This document shows, in pieces, positions 12,408-23,857 of a DNA stretch of 64,000 nucleotides (the stretch's first letter is position 1; each line of letters opens with the position of its first letter). This stretch comes from Anthoceros angustus. Its lineage: Eukaryota; Plantae; Anthocerotophyta. The stretch covers positions 434,001 through 498,000 of the forward strand of contig MU008152.1 of NCBI GenBank assembly GCA_010909165.1, in the 5' to 3' direction. Below the pieces are notes generated by a model. It was not told where the DNA came from, searched no databases, and saw only the letters and a list, made by a program, of their open reading frames with translations. Both the position numbers and the translations under genes were made by a program.

Positions 12408-13639
12408 GTGGTAGTGGCCGCCGGGGAGGAAACAATCGTGGTCGGGCTGGCCCATTGAAGCGGAGGGGGCCTCGGCGTGGAGGGAGGAAAACTCGTGCCA
12501 GACGTAACCAGCCTGATGAAGAGCCTCAACGACCTGAAGGTATGGGCCATGGTTCGATGACCGTGACTACATGTACAAATTTCATGGTGTTGGCTCCGAA
12601 GGGAAATCATGAAGAAGTGGACTTTTATCTCTTGAAATGTATGGAACCTGTACAGAACTTGACGGCAGCCTTCAAGGATACTAATTGGGGAGGGGAGGAG
12701 TTTGAAGCAGGCACTATTGTTGTGAAAGCCTTCTACTATGAGCAGGTTCCCGACAGCATTGGTATGTACACTTTCGGATCGTGGTGGCGCCACCCAATAG
12801 TCCCTAGGAGGACACAGTCTTGGCAACTAAGTTTTTGATGTGGCCAATGGAGAAGCAAAATGAAAGCACAGAACAACTGTATCGGCTCCACCCACATGAG
12901 AGGAAGTACATAGAGTGGTTGGCAAAGGTCGAACATGCAAAGGTGAAAAAGTTGAAGACCGTGTGATGATTGAATGTGTTTGTCGTGTGGATCATGTGAG
13001 GGGTCTCTGTCAATTTGTCATGCACCTGGTTGTGAGTGTTTAGAGGCCATGTGACCAGACCCTTTTTTGGACAAATGCGATGTGAGTTGGGGATAAACAC
13101 TTTGAGGCTGGATCCCATGTTGTATCAATGGGTGTACGCCTTGTGACGAAATGCCCCATTTTGTGAGGGAACACCGAGTGCTGACCCCTATGTCTTGAAT
13201 TGTTCAATGTATATGATGACTTAGAATGAGCAGGTGCCCTTCAAATTGCGTTGCGTGACAATGGGGTCCAACAAAGCCTCGCTTAACCTAGCATCCTCCA
13301 CCCACAAATGGCACAAGCGATGGCCCAGTGAAGAGTGAAAAAACTCGAAGGGCTCAAGCACAATCTGCCCATCACCACACCGTCTGGAATTGGACTAAAC
13401 ATATATAAGGATGGCACCCAGCTACATTCCTACTCTGCCTGTGCATTCAAACTGGTGCATTGTGAACAACACAAATTGCTAACCAAGTGAAGTATGCGCT
13501 AGCCTATGAACAAAGGAACATGTAAGGCCGGCTGCGAAGTTCCTTCCTACTGTGCTTGGATGGATTAGGCATCCACAACACTTCCACCATCGTCATCCTC
13601 GCCCTCTTGCACCATATTATTGTCGACACCTCGGATGCA

Positions 13640-14360
13640 GATCGGCCCACCCGCTTGGTGCCTCGTCCTTGCTCGGCCCACCCGCTTGGTGCCTCGCCCC
13701 GCAGCCCAATACCGCCTGCCTTGTTGCAGGACGCGGTACTCTACAGAGAGCTTAACGCCGCCATGGCTTGCATCAATCCTCTTGCTTCCACGGCCCAGGG
13801 GGGTGCTTCTACACTTGCGCGTGGCGCCTCTTCGACGCCGGTAGCAACGACAGATGTCGGAAGGCACTCGGCCGAGCATGACCCCATCCTCCTACTGGTG
13901 CGGACTTTGCAGAAGATGATCGGCTTCGCGGGTGAAGGCGAAGCATCACGCCAACAATGCATTGAGGGGTTCTCTGGCCTTTCTTGTGGGTGATCGTTCT
14001 CGACAGGCCCGATGGCAATGTTCCCAAGCAAAACCTGAGACAAAGCAAACAATTCGGCATCACCCTGGTCAGCAAGAAATGGGGACGAGGTTAGTAGGTG
14101 CTTGGTGCAGGGATCGGGAGGACTGATACCGTGGGTGCCTCCTCCCTGGTCGTCCCGCCCCGCCTTGGTGCCTCGTCCTTGCTCGGCCCACCCCGCTTGG
14201 GTGCCTCGCCGCTGCTCGGCCCACCCGCTTGGTGCCTCGCCCCGCCCGCCCGCCTCATCGTGCGCACTGCGTGCCTCGCCCGCCCGCCTCTATCGTGCGC
14301 ACCTGCGTGCCTCGCCCCGACTGCGGGCCTACGTGCCACGCCCGGACTACGCGCCTGCGT
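13640..14360. repeat. GC-rich short repeats (GGCCCACCCGCTTGGTGCCTCG and GCGTGCCTCGCCC motifs)
   Basis: The motif recurs about 10 times at 13645-13710 and 14120-14340. Likely subterminal or leader repeats of a TE relic. Confidence 0.65.
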
Positions 14361-14884
14361 GAAAAAAGGGAAGTTCCCTTTCTGTGTACCGGTGAGCGCG
14401 AAGTGGCCGCTTTGGTGCATCCGCTTTGGGCTACCCCATTTCGGTCGGTTTACCAAACCGGACACCAAAAAGACTTGTGGTGTGAACCAAAGTTTCGCGC
14501 GCGAAAATGTGCCCCGTCCCCTCTGTCCTCTTTGGTTTGCCATAGTGGTCTCATTGAGTAGCCATGGGAAGGATTTGAAGTGCAAATTATGGTCAGTCTT
14601 GACTGAATGGTGAATGTTTGAATCCTTGCATGTTTTTGAATGTTTGAATCCTTGCATATTTTTGCCATCATATTCCTATTCCTTTCGTCCACAGGGATAG
14701 ATAAGGTGCGAAAACCAGGAACCTTGCAGCATAAACAAATAGCGTGCAGTATTAATTAGGGTTGTCATATATACACTGCAGTACTAATTACGGTTTGTCA
14801 CTGGGAAGGTCGCGCGGAAGGTCCGTGCGTCTGGTTCTCTGTCCATCCCGGTGTCCCAACGGATGATGATGTGGCCCTCTACAT

Positions 14885-16045
14885 CAGGGTGTCATTTTGA
14901 CCCCGCCCCAAGCTCGGTCCCGGTCCGGGCATGTGTTAAAAAAAACATGGGACCGGAGGTTCTTCAGAAGTCCGGTCCCCACCCTCTGTCCCCTATTTTT
15001 TTCGGGGACCGAGGGTTCATAAAAGGTTCGGTTTAAAATTAGTAAATTACTTAATTTTATATCCAAGGATTTATATTTATTATGGACACATGGACCCATC
15101 TTATAATTGGTATGGTCATAAAGATACTTACCATGGATCTATGGGCTATGTCTTTATTTATCTAATTCCATCCATGGCCTATTAATGCAGCCTTTATTCT
15201 ATGAGATTTTATTAGCTTATTTTGATACATCTATAAAGTCATGGAGTGTATGAAGGTTTTGTAATATCTGACTACTCTGAAAGTGAACTAAGTTCTTGTA
15301 TTGCTGGTGCTAATAAATATGCTTTAGCTGTTGTTGAAGCAGTGAATAATAAGTTTCCTGATCTTTGCGTGTTGCATGCTTGTCGTCTATTCAGTCCTAA
15401 ATTTTATCCTGAACATGCAGATGAGCGTATGCAGTTAGTTAATAGTTTGTTAGAGGTATTGTTGAAAAAGTTTGGAACTAACTCTTTGGATGCAAATACT
15501 AATGTTGTCGACCCTTTTGTAGTTGATGAGGTGTGTCAAGCTGAGTTGCTAACATTTGTGTCCATCTTGAAATCTTCTTGTGCTGGATTGAGTATGTTAG
15601 CAGCTTACAAAATATACTCAACAACTCGGGAGTGGCTAGTACTGACACCCTCTATGTTACGTCTTTGGGAATTATGTTTGGTCATACCTTGTAGTACTGC
15701 TATATGTGAGCGAGGATTTTCTAAACAAAACTTTGTGACGAATAACATGAGAACTAATCTTAATATTTTGACCCTTGATGCATTCATGAGTATATCCATC
15801 AATGGTCCGCTTGTTAAGAAGATAGATTAGAATGGTATTTTTAAAGCTTGGAAACACCAGCCTCGACGATAGAATATCTTAGACATTTATATTTTTTATA
15901 TTATTATTTATAAATTATTTATTATATTTAATGACCAAGGGTCGCAAAAAGGCACCGTCCGTGCTCGGTCCGGGACCGAGCGTAGCCAGGCTAGGCGCTA
16001 GTAGGCGGTCCCGGGGACTGAGATAGTACTCGGTCAAAATGACAC
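14885..16045 (+). mobile_element. Internally deleted hAT DNA transposon
   Basis: Left TIR CAGGGTGTCATTTTGACC (14885-14902); right TIR remnant GGTCAAAATGACAC (16032-16045); 8-bp TSD CTCTACAT / GTCTACAT; subterminal GGTCCCGG/GGACC motifs. ORF 15246-15830 has hAT C-terminal dimerisation motifs (LCLVIPCSTAICERGFSKQNFV...R..L....LDA.M). Confidence 0.88.
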
Positions 16046-16129
16046 ATGTAGAGTCTACATCGTACGAGCCAGCGTTAATGGCTGTCGATGCGCAGGCAGG
16101 ACGCCAAACTTTCTATGGAGCAGTGCTGC

Positions 16130-16777
16130 TAGACGACAAGGCGATGGTGCGGCATCCACGTTGATGTCGGACATTTGCACCAGTTCCCAGATGCTGCGGG
16201 AACACGCACAGGGGTATAGTCAGGGGAGGAGATGAGATAGGAGGCATGGAAGCAGCCAGGCCAGAGCTGGTGTACCGACAGGCAAGCATTACTGCATAGC
16301 TGAATGGTTGGAGATGAGAAGAGGCACTCAACAGTCGTATACATTCCCCTAAAAACGTCCACGGTCATGAGCAGTTCTCCCAGGACTTGGGCAAACTTCC
16401 GCTTCTTTCATGGGCTCCAACAAACTCTACTGGTGCAGCCCTTCCGGCTGGTACACAAGTCTATACACGTTCATCCACTTGCTGCTTATGAAAACCCTCC
16501 TACTGCTTATGAACGAGAGTTGCAGGACAATTTTCATAAGGAAGAAATGTTGGGCATTTGCAAAGAAGCAGCACCCTGTTCACCTGTTCAGGGCCAATGC
16601 ATCTGGGACCTGCAGGCACAAGGACCTACATCACACGCACTCGTCCGCGCCAGGTTACTTGTTCCCATCTGTCCTTTCCAGCAAATTCTACTTTTCAAGA
16701 AACCCTGGGTGGTCAGAGACGCATCAGAAGACACCCATTTCGTGAAGCCAAAGCCCAGTCCTACAGAAGCTATGTGA
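16130..16777 (+). pseudogene. Unidentified protein-like relic
   Basis: 157-codon ORF 16304-16777 with protein-like composition. The same frame continues upstream (RWCGIHVDVGHLHQFPDAAG) through in-frame stops. Confidence 0.3.
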
Positions 16778-16802
16778 GTAGTTCGTTCGAACCTCTCTTC
16801 TT

Positions 16803-16836
16803 CCCACACCACACCACACCACACCACACCACACCA
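16803..16836. repeat. (CACAC/CCACA)n microsatellite
   Basis: About 6-7 pentamer units. Confidence 0.9.
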
Positions 16837-17070
16837 TAACAACATGGCCCAGCTGTGAAACCCGCAAACTTTGCAATTCTGCATCGCAATGCCAGCATGA
16901 GGAAACAAATATATGCAAGATGGTGCAAACTTCCCAGGAACTAAAGTGAGCAAAAGGCAAAGGAAAGGAGAGCGGCGTCCACCTGCTTCCTCCTCGATTC
17001 CGAGACAACTTGCGAAAAACGAGCGGAGCGGAATTGCGTTGCAGGCGACAAGCACACAACACGTCGTCCC

Positions 17071-18066
17071 CTACCACGCACCATCCAATACCTTATGGTA
17101 CTGGATAACGTGAGGGATAAGGACGGGCGAGTCGTCCTGCTGGGGCGGAAGCCCCTTCTCCTCATCCATCTCCTTCACGGACTTAACCCCCTGCAGCACA
17201 GCCGATCCGGGAACCGGTCTCCCGCCCTCATTGTACAGATCAAACCACGGATACCCATGTTGCGCATACGTGGCCGCGGACACAGGCGACTCGGGGGGAG
17301 CCTCCCCGGTCACATCCCTCCACATCTCCGAATCACACAGATGCACGAAAACCCGCCCTCTCGCCGACTGGTCCCAGCTCTGCAGCCCGTGGTCATCCTC
17401 GTAGATCTCCTGCTTCATCTTACCCCCCACGGCCACGCCCATCTCCACCTCCGAGGCCGGGCCGTCCGCGAACATGAGCCCCGGGCGACGGTAGCTAAGA
17501 GGCTGCTCGTCCGGGAACTTCCCGGGGACGGGCTCGAAGACGCAGAGCTGCAGCCCCCCGTGGGTCTCCTCCCCCGTCACCTGGCCCTCCACGCTGTAGC
17601 CCAGTCCCAAGTGCACCGCCACGAACTGCCGGATGGTGCCGTCCCCATTGTTGATGCCGTCCAGCCAGGGCTGATCCGGCACCACCACGTAGTCCTGCGG
17701 CTCCGCGTGGAGCTCCTCCGACCATGGAGTGCCGGTGATGGCGCACACCTTGCCCACGGCCACCTTGAGCGCATTGGGCCGCCACTCTCGCCCGTTGAAC
17801 CCTAGCCACATGGCCTCCCGCTGGAAGATCGGCAGGAACACCCCGCCGTGCTGCCGCCATTTCTCCGGGACCCTGTCTGCGTGGTCTGCCACTCTCCGCA
17901 GTGGGAAGGAGCCCAGCTTCGGTGGCAAGGGGTACGTTCTGCCATCGTCAGGAATGCGGATGGTGCGGTGGAATTGCACCGTCACTGCCCCGATCCTCAG
18001 CTTGTTCCCCTCCACGTGCACTTCCAGATCGGCCCAGCCCGGCGTCCGTCTTCCCGCATCCGCCAT
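17071..18066 (-). CDS. Intronless 331-aa protein of an uncharacterised bacterial/fungal-type family (HGT candidate)
   Basis: ATG at 18066 (MADAGRRTP), stop at 17071. Strongly GC3-rich. Motifs FHRTIRIPDD, YPLPPKLGSFP, REAMW, QDYVVVPDQPWLDG, IRQFVA..LGLGYSVEGQVTGEE.HGGLQ, MG.AVGGKMKQEIYED, RVFVHL, GYPWF resemble a widespread prokaryotic and fungal hypothetical protein family (recalled, not searched). Confidence 0.85.
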   Translation of the reverse strand: MADAGRRTPGWADLEVHVEGNKLRIGAVTVQFHRTIRIPDDGRTYPLPPKLGSFPLRRVADHADRVPEKWRQHGGVFLPIFQREAMWLGFNGREWRPNALKVAVGKVCAITGTPWSEELHAEPQDYVVVPDQPWLDGINNGDGTIRQFVAVHLGLGYSVEGQVTGEETHGGLQLCVFEPVPGKFPDEQPLSYRRPGLMFADGPASEVEMGVAVGGKMKQEIYEDDHGLQSWDQSARGRVFVHLCDSEMWRDVTGEAPPESPVSAATYAQHGYPWFDLYNEGGRPVPGSAVLQGVKSVKEMDEEKGLPPQQDDSPVLIPHVIQYHKVLDGAW

Positions 18067-18678
18067 GGCTCTCTCACCTCGCAGCTCAAGCCTCAAGCAG
18101 CCCTCTTCACACACACAGGTTGTGTGCAAGGGACAGACTTGACTGTGTCCACAGTGGTTTTCCCAAAAAGTTGTGGAGAGTGCAGGAAATATTTCGAAGA
18201 GTGAAGTTTACTCTCTCCCGGTTTACTTCTGGATGGGCTTTTCCCATCGGTTTTTCACCTCAATAAAAACTTTCTGCTCTCTCCCGTATGTGCATATGCA
18301 CTGTATGTACTACGTAGTATGTACATAGCCCACGATTAAGCCTGAGACAGGTCATAGATAGCGTGTACGAGGCATGTCATCAATCTCCGTGGCAAATAGT
18401 GCCTGGCCTCTACGCGTCATGTTATCCCCATCTGACCCATGCCCGGCACAGGGCATGGGGCCATAGCTTTTGGAACAAACTTGTGGAGGTTCGCAGGAAG
18501 GTTGCATCCAATGGCCGAGATCGAGGTCATGAAACTTGTGTGAGTGGGGCTATATGGGATGTGGCTGTACGGTATTAAGTGAAGGTAACGCTCTTTGCCA
18601 AATCTGCGACCATAGTAAAGCAACTATCATGCCTTCATCCGGTCGCAAGGCAAGGCTTCGCAAACAAAGCGACCGGAC

Positions 18679-19790
18679 TGTGAAAATGTACATGGTAGCT
18701 TAGGGATTATTTTCAGAGTGAATCAGTGTACAGGGCAAAGAGTTCACAAAGATGAATGTAAACCGACATCGTGTGAGTAACTGTTCATTAAATGTCTATT
18801 CGTAGCTAAAGCGAAACGTGCCCTAACTAGTGCCCTAACTCGCTATGATTCTAACACTCCCACTTAGTAAGTGGGCACTAATCTTCATTATTTAATGTTG
18901 ATTATTAACTTGGGATAGTTATAGTTAGGGGAAGGTAACTGTTACACTATCCTCTAGCTCTGATAGCTCTAAAAGTTGCCAAATACCTTCCTTACAAGCA
19001 TGAGTTAAGGAACAATATTCAGCTTCGATTGAGCTAAGAGCTACTGCTTGTTGCCTCTTATTACTCTAGCTTGTCACTGTGCCTCCAAGTAGATAGACAA
19101 AATTGCTCGTGCTCTTCTTGTTGTTGGAGTTTCCAACCCAATCGACATCGCTCAAACCTTCGAGCTGAAGAGACTCATCTTGCTTGATGTATGATTGATA
19201 TAAGAGTCCCATATCTGAGGTGGCTCTAGGTGGTTCTAAGATATCTATGAAGAGACTCATCTTGCTTGATGTATGATTGATATAAGAGTCCCATATCTGA
19301 GGTGGCTCTAGGTGGTTCTAAGATATCTAAACACACTTTTAACAGCTTTCCAACGATCCTGTATGGGGTTAGTTAATGAATTGTGAAAAGCTCCCACTGA
19401 GTATGCTAAGTCGGGTCTTGTACAAACCATGAGATACATGAGGCTCCCTATTGCCGAGGAGTAGGGGAGCTCATGAGTGTCAAAGTCTTGACCCTGTTGC
19501 TCATCAGCTAAGCTAAGTTTAAGATTCACCTCCATTGGTGTGGATATAGGTTTGGCCTCTAGCATTTTATAATTGGTTAAAATCTCTTGAATATATATTG
19601 ATTGATGGATAAATATGCTCCTAGCATTTCTATGTCTGAGAACTTGAATCCCTAAACAATGAGAGAGATCTCTACAAGTGGTTATAGCAAACTTCTTTGA
19701 AAGCATTGACATGGTCTCTTCTAGTATATCCTTGGAGTTAGACATGAGAAGGAAAAGAAGACTTTTAAGAGACGGGAAAAACTCATCCAC
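18679..19790 (-). mobile_element. Ty1/Copia 3' part: RT, RNase H, PPT and 3' LTR (about 18679-18856)
   Basis: RT motifs LSHCLGIQV, IHQSIYIQEIL, PISTPM, PYSSAIGSLMYLMVCTRPDLAYSVG; RNase H DVDWVG...KKSTS. PPT AAGTGGGAG followed by TGTTA at 18856. Contains an approximately 82-bp tandem duplication at 19168-19330. Confidence 0.88.
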
Positions 19791-19841
19791 CCCAAAAACA
19801 AAAGGGAGAAAAACCCAACGAAGGGCACCATGCCAAGGGGA

Positions 19842-20240
19842 CTAGCCCCCACAATCACGCATTTCAAAAGTACCAACCGCCCGAAGAACTTCGTGGTCAG
19901 TGATGTGAAAATGCCTACTTACTACTGGTATTGAAGAAGCTGCATCCCCCGCGCTCGCTGTCGTTCTGTACACAGCGTTGGCCAATGCCCTCTGCAGAGC
20001 GATGGAAACCCTCTGCCGGAAGAAAGCAACAATACAAGGAAGGGGGAGGCCAACCCCATTCTTGCAGCTATGATAAGCCTTGGCGCAGGCCTTGACGAAC
20101 CTAGAGAAATCCTTGCCCATAGCTCCGTGAGTCTCAATGACAAGGGGGATGAAGGCATGGTCGCCCTGCATAGGAGAGTACTTGTGGACCTTAGTCGTCG
20201 CTGTGGCACGACTCTCGCTGATGGTCAGCCGGGCGCGCAC
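19842..20240 (-). mobile_element. 3' fragment of a CRE-like non-LTR retrotransposon (restriction-like endonuclease region)
   Basis: KVHKY...HAFIPLVIETHGAMGKDF...CAKAYH...FFRQRVSIALQRA; homologous to 33100-33220. Confidence 0.7.
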
Positions 20241-21099
20241 AGTCCCGTGTCGTTGTAGTAAGGGGGTCCGTTCCCAAGGGAATGATTGGTTCTATTTTGC
20301 ACGTCGTGGACCGATTCTTGCCTCGTCGTCGTGGCCGTTTCTATCCGAGATCGCAACGCGATCGGTTTCACTCCTAATTACTCTTAAGCGTCCGACGAAC
20401 AGGCCCGGCGTGGCCAAACGTTTAAGGACTCGTTCACGTCCATATCCTACCAGTCCGTCCTATGTTTCGTCTAGTCCGTCTCCCTTTCCACGCTCACTAC
20501 GCTCATCACTAGTTGGGGAAGAGTGGGTGGGTTTGCGTGGTCCGGACCTCCGTCGCCGTTCCACCAGGCCTCTCCGTCCAGGCTCTACACGCCCTCCCGG
20601 AGTTCCACTGGTCTCACGCGTTCTGGTCCGCCCGACGTCGACCACCTGCTCCGGAAGAGCAAGGGTCTCTGATCGTTCGCCCCTGCACACACCACCACAC
20701 GTTAGGGTCCGTCACCAGGACCTTGATCAGTCTCTCCGGGGCTGTCTTGCCTGCTCAGTGACTCAGGACTCGCATTAGCAAAGGACACACAAGAGTCTGC
20801 AAAGAGAACGCGGTATCCACCCCAAAAGAAAGATGCCTTACTAGAGCAGCCCTTGCCCTCTTATACTACGCCCTAAGGCAGCGTCTTTATTACACTCCTA
20901 TTCTGAGCTGATGTCCAGCTCAGTGTGCCCTAGCCTCCAGCCCACTATTCCCCTTTGCTAGCCTATCTACGTCTATGGCGGTGGGGCTGGGAGCGCCTCC
21001 GGTGCTCTCCCTTGTCGCTCCACCTCGGGCAGGGCCACCAATCCCTTTCGGAGCGCCCGCTCCTCCTCTCCCTCCTTCAGGAGGTTAAGGTGCCCCCAC

Positions 21100-22750
21100 A
21101 CGTGAATGATAAACGGTGACAGCGCCGATGGGGGCGGCTTCTCGCTGCGCAGCTTCCTGGCCTCCTGGTTGATCCGGGCGAAGATGATTCTTCCCCAGTC
21201 GGCTCTCTTTTCTCTCTATAGGGCGTGGAGGAACACCAGAAAATTGTCACCAAGGTGGTCCACCTTGGTGAGCATGTTCCAATGGACGATGATCTTTGCC
21301 ACCGCCCTCACGCGCCTGTCCAGCAGGTCCGACATAACCATCCATTTGAGGACCGCTACGTCCCCGGCCTCAAGAGCGCCACCCTTGCTGCTTCCACCTT
21401 CCCCTTCACCTTAAAGGGCTCGGGAACTACACCCCCGACCTCCTCTGCTGGACGGTTGTAGACCGCCCTCAGGACCTCTACGGTCCATCTCCTGGGGTCC
21501 TCCCTCAGACTTTTGGAGCGGACCTCTTTGTTGGCCACCGCCAACATCTTCCGGGCGTACTCCCGGACCAAGGCGACGCTGTCGAACGTCCAAACCGCCT
21601 GGAAGATGTCCAGGTGCCAGTCCTCCACCAATTCTTCGGCCTCCTCCAGCCAAGGCCCGAAGTCCGGGTAACGCTTGGTGACGATGTTCCTCTCCACCAG
21701 GCGCCAGGGTTCCCAGACCTCCGCCGCCTTCTTGGGCCCCATAATTGCACGCCTCTCATTGCCAGGCTTGATGATCGACAACTCCTTCAGACTCCGCCGA
21801 ACGCCTGCTCACGAAGAGGGCCGCTGAGTTGCGCTTGGGCGCCAGAAAAGATAGCGCCAGAGAGCAGGGTGTCTGAACGCAGTGATCGCGAAACCGCCGC
21901 TTGCCGAGAGAATGGCCTTCTTCGGGGCCGGAGTAACCGGCGCGGAGGGCGTCCTTTCGCCGCGTGAATCGCCGTAGTCCGCATTGCTTACTCTAGCTTT
22001 ACGCTGCCGCCGCCGCTCGCGTACTCTAGCCTTACTATGGCGCATGTACCTGGAGCGTGGTTGCCTGCCCATAACGGCCACTGGCAACCCTACGGTCCTG
22101 GTCCGCTCCATGCCTGTCCCCTCTCAGCACCGTCCACGTGGCGCCCCTTGCCAAAATACGCTCCCCGTTCCAAAGTTACCCTTCCTGGCGTACTTATCGC
22201 AACTTACTCCGGAGTGCAGTCCGGACTCACCGCGGTCTACTCCGGAGTGCGGTCCGTAGCCGCTCCGGCCGCTCCGAAGTGCGATCCGGAGTCCCATGTC
22301 TACTCCGGAGTGCGGTCCGGAGTCCCATGTCTACTCCGGAGTGCGGTCCAGAGTCCCATGTCTACTCCGGAGTGCGCTCCGGAGTCCCCTTCTTACCCGC
22401 CCCGGTCTTATTTCCTCTTTCCCGTCTTATTTCTCACTCCACACCAAAAAAACAAAAAAAACTAGCTCATTACCTTTCTAAGGGGGAGAGCCTACAGTCC
22501 ACAGTCGCGCATCCCTCCACCGCCCAATCTGGAGGGTTAAGAATAACATATTCGCAGACTCTATCCCGGGTAGGATCGATTACAACCACATCAGGAACCG
22601 AAACCTATTCCCCCCGGGTCAAAAATAGATCTGCCCTAAGCGAAACCCCGTTGAGCGAGGTGTAAGGGCGCTCCCTAAATGGAAGGAACCCACCTTCCCT
22701 AGCAATAGAGAACATGACGTCCCGGACGGCATCATGCATAGCGATACATT
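21100..22750 (+). mobile_element. Gypsy-like 3' region: antisense accessory ORF (about 21760-21100, minus strand), 31-bp repeats, PPT-like AAGGGGGAGAG at about 22480 and probable LTR start
   Basis: Minus-strand MGPKKAAEVWEPW...WTVEVLRAVY...DWGRIIF resembles plant-transposon accessory domains and the 38-40 kb ORF (EIDWG). The element boundaries are uncertain. Confidence 0.55.
22204..22388. repeat. 31-bp tandem repeat TACTCCGGAGTGCGGTCCGGAGTCCCATGTC
   Basis: About 4 near-perfect plus 2 degenerate units, with no spacers. Confidence 0.9.
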
Positions 22751-23612
22751 ACCCACCCGCGGGATAGCGAGCCAAGTGCGTCCCAAAGTTCTTCATCATC
22801 GTCCAGCCGAGACATTGCATGTGATGTTCAGAGAGCACGACTATCTCGTGCTGGTGTTGCCTTGGGAAAGCTCATGTATGCAGAATTATCTGCATTCTCA
22901 TCAGAATCAGCATCTGCATATTCAGGAACTAGTGGATGCAAAGGACTGTTGTTAAATGGATTAGATACTTTGTGATTCAATTGATCAACGCGATTGCTAA
23001 GATCATAGATTTCGCTTGTTAGGAAGCCTAATCTATTTTAAACAAATTCGTAAAGTTCCTTTATATCTGACTGAATTAAGGTGACTCTTGGCTGCAAAGT
23101 GTTAGAGTTAGGAGTAGAAGGATCTACATTGATGTTAGGAATACCTTGCAATGCTAACTCAATAGCCTTAACTTGTATTGGAGATAATGAGGTAAGCAAT
23201 CTACTTCTAGCTACTTTGATTCTATGTCCTTGATTGTCAGACTTAATCAAAATTGAACCAATGAAATTACAAACTTGTTCTGAAAGTTCTTCAATTTCGT
23301 CAATTCGAGTATTTGTCTTTTTCAAACACAAAATATCGTGTGTCTTATAAAATTTCTTCTACTTTGCAGCCTTTAATTGCTCTCTAATTCTTATGCTTAC
23401 CAGGATTTAAGAGATCCATGGCAAATTGGAGAGAATTGGATGCACAAATTGTGCATCATATAAAAGCAATGTTAAACATAATGCAATTGCTGCCGAAGAT
23501 CAAATCTCCTCGATGCATATCTAGAAATTAGATGATTCAAACTAGAAGAGGCATTAGAAAATTGATAGCTTTGTAGGCAGCAAGTAGCACGCTCAAAAAT
23601 CAAGAGCAAGGT

Positions 23613-23857
23613 GCTCTGATACCATGATGAGAATCATGCTTGCTCAAAGGATTCTTAGCAGTGATTATGTTGCCTAGAGCGATATCAGTACAAACGGTTA
23701 GAGGTTGTTGCAACCGATATAACTGATATAACAACTAACTACTTTAATAACTTCCTAAGAAACTACTTCTAGCCCTAAGAATTAATTAATCATTAATTCT
23801 AGGGATTTAAAGGTGCCCTAGCGAATAGTGCCCTAAATAGGAATATATTTTATCACA
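23613..23857 (-). mobile_element. 5' LTR (23857-23625, TGTGATA...TCATCA) and tRNA-iMet PBS (23624-23613) of a Copia inserted into another Copia
   Basis: Minus-strand TGGTATCAGAGC directly follows the LTR. The LTR interrupts the host at LDP*AVRRI. A degenerate leader ORF lies at 23331-23038. Confidence 0.8.

Larger units (their letters stand above)
10460..13740. repeat. Tandem segmental duplication of about 1.63 kb (10460-12090 versus 12095-13740)
   Basis: Colinear near-identity with many single-base indels. 11990-12090 looks like a garbled version of 13630-13740. May be an assembly artefact. Confidence 0.8.

Noticed and set aside
17095-17805. 236-aa plus-strand ORF
   Set aside because: Antisense shadow of the GC3-rich gene at 17071-18066.
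17071-18066. Bacterial contaminant contig
   Set aside because: It is a single gene with no operon or Shine-Dalgarno context, continuous with plant TEs on both sides. Read-level confirmation is still needed.
22204-22388. 31-bp repeats (also the 27-bp arrays at 30.0 and 38.7 kb) as CRISPR arrays
   Set aside because: The units are contiguous with no unique spacers, there are no cas genes, and the context is eukaryotic TE DNA.
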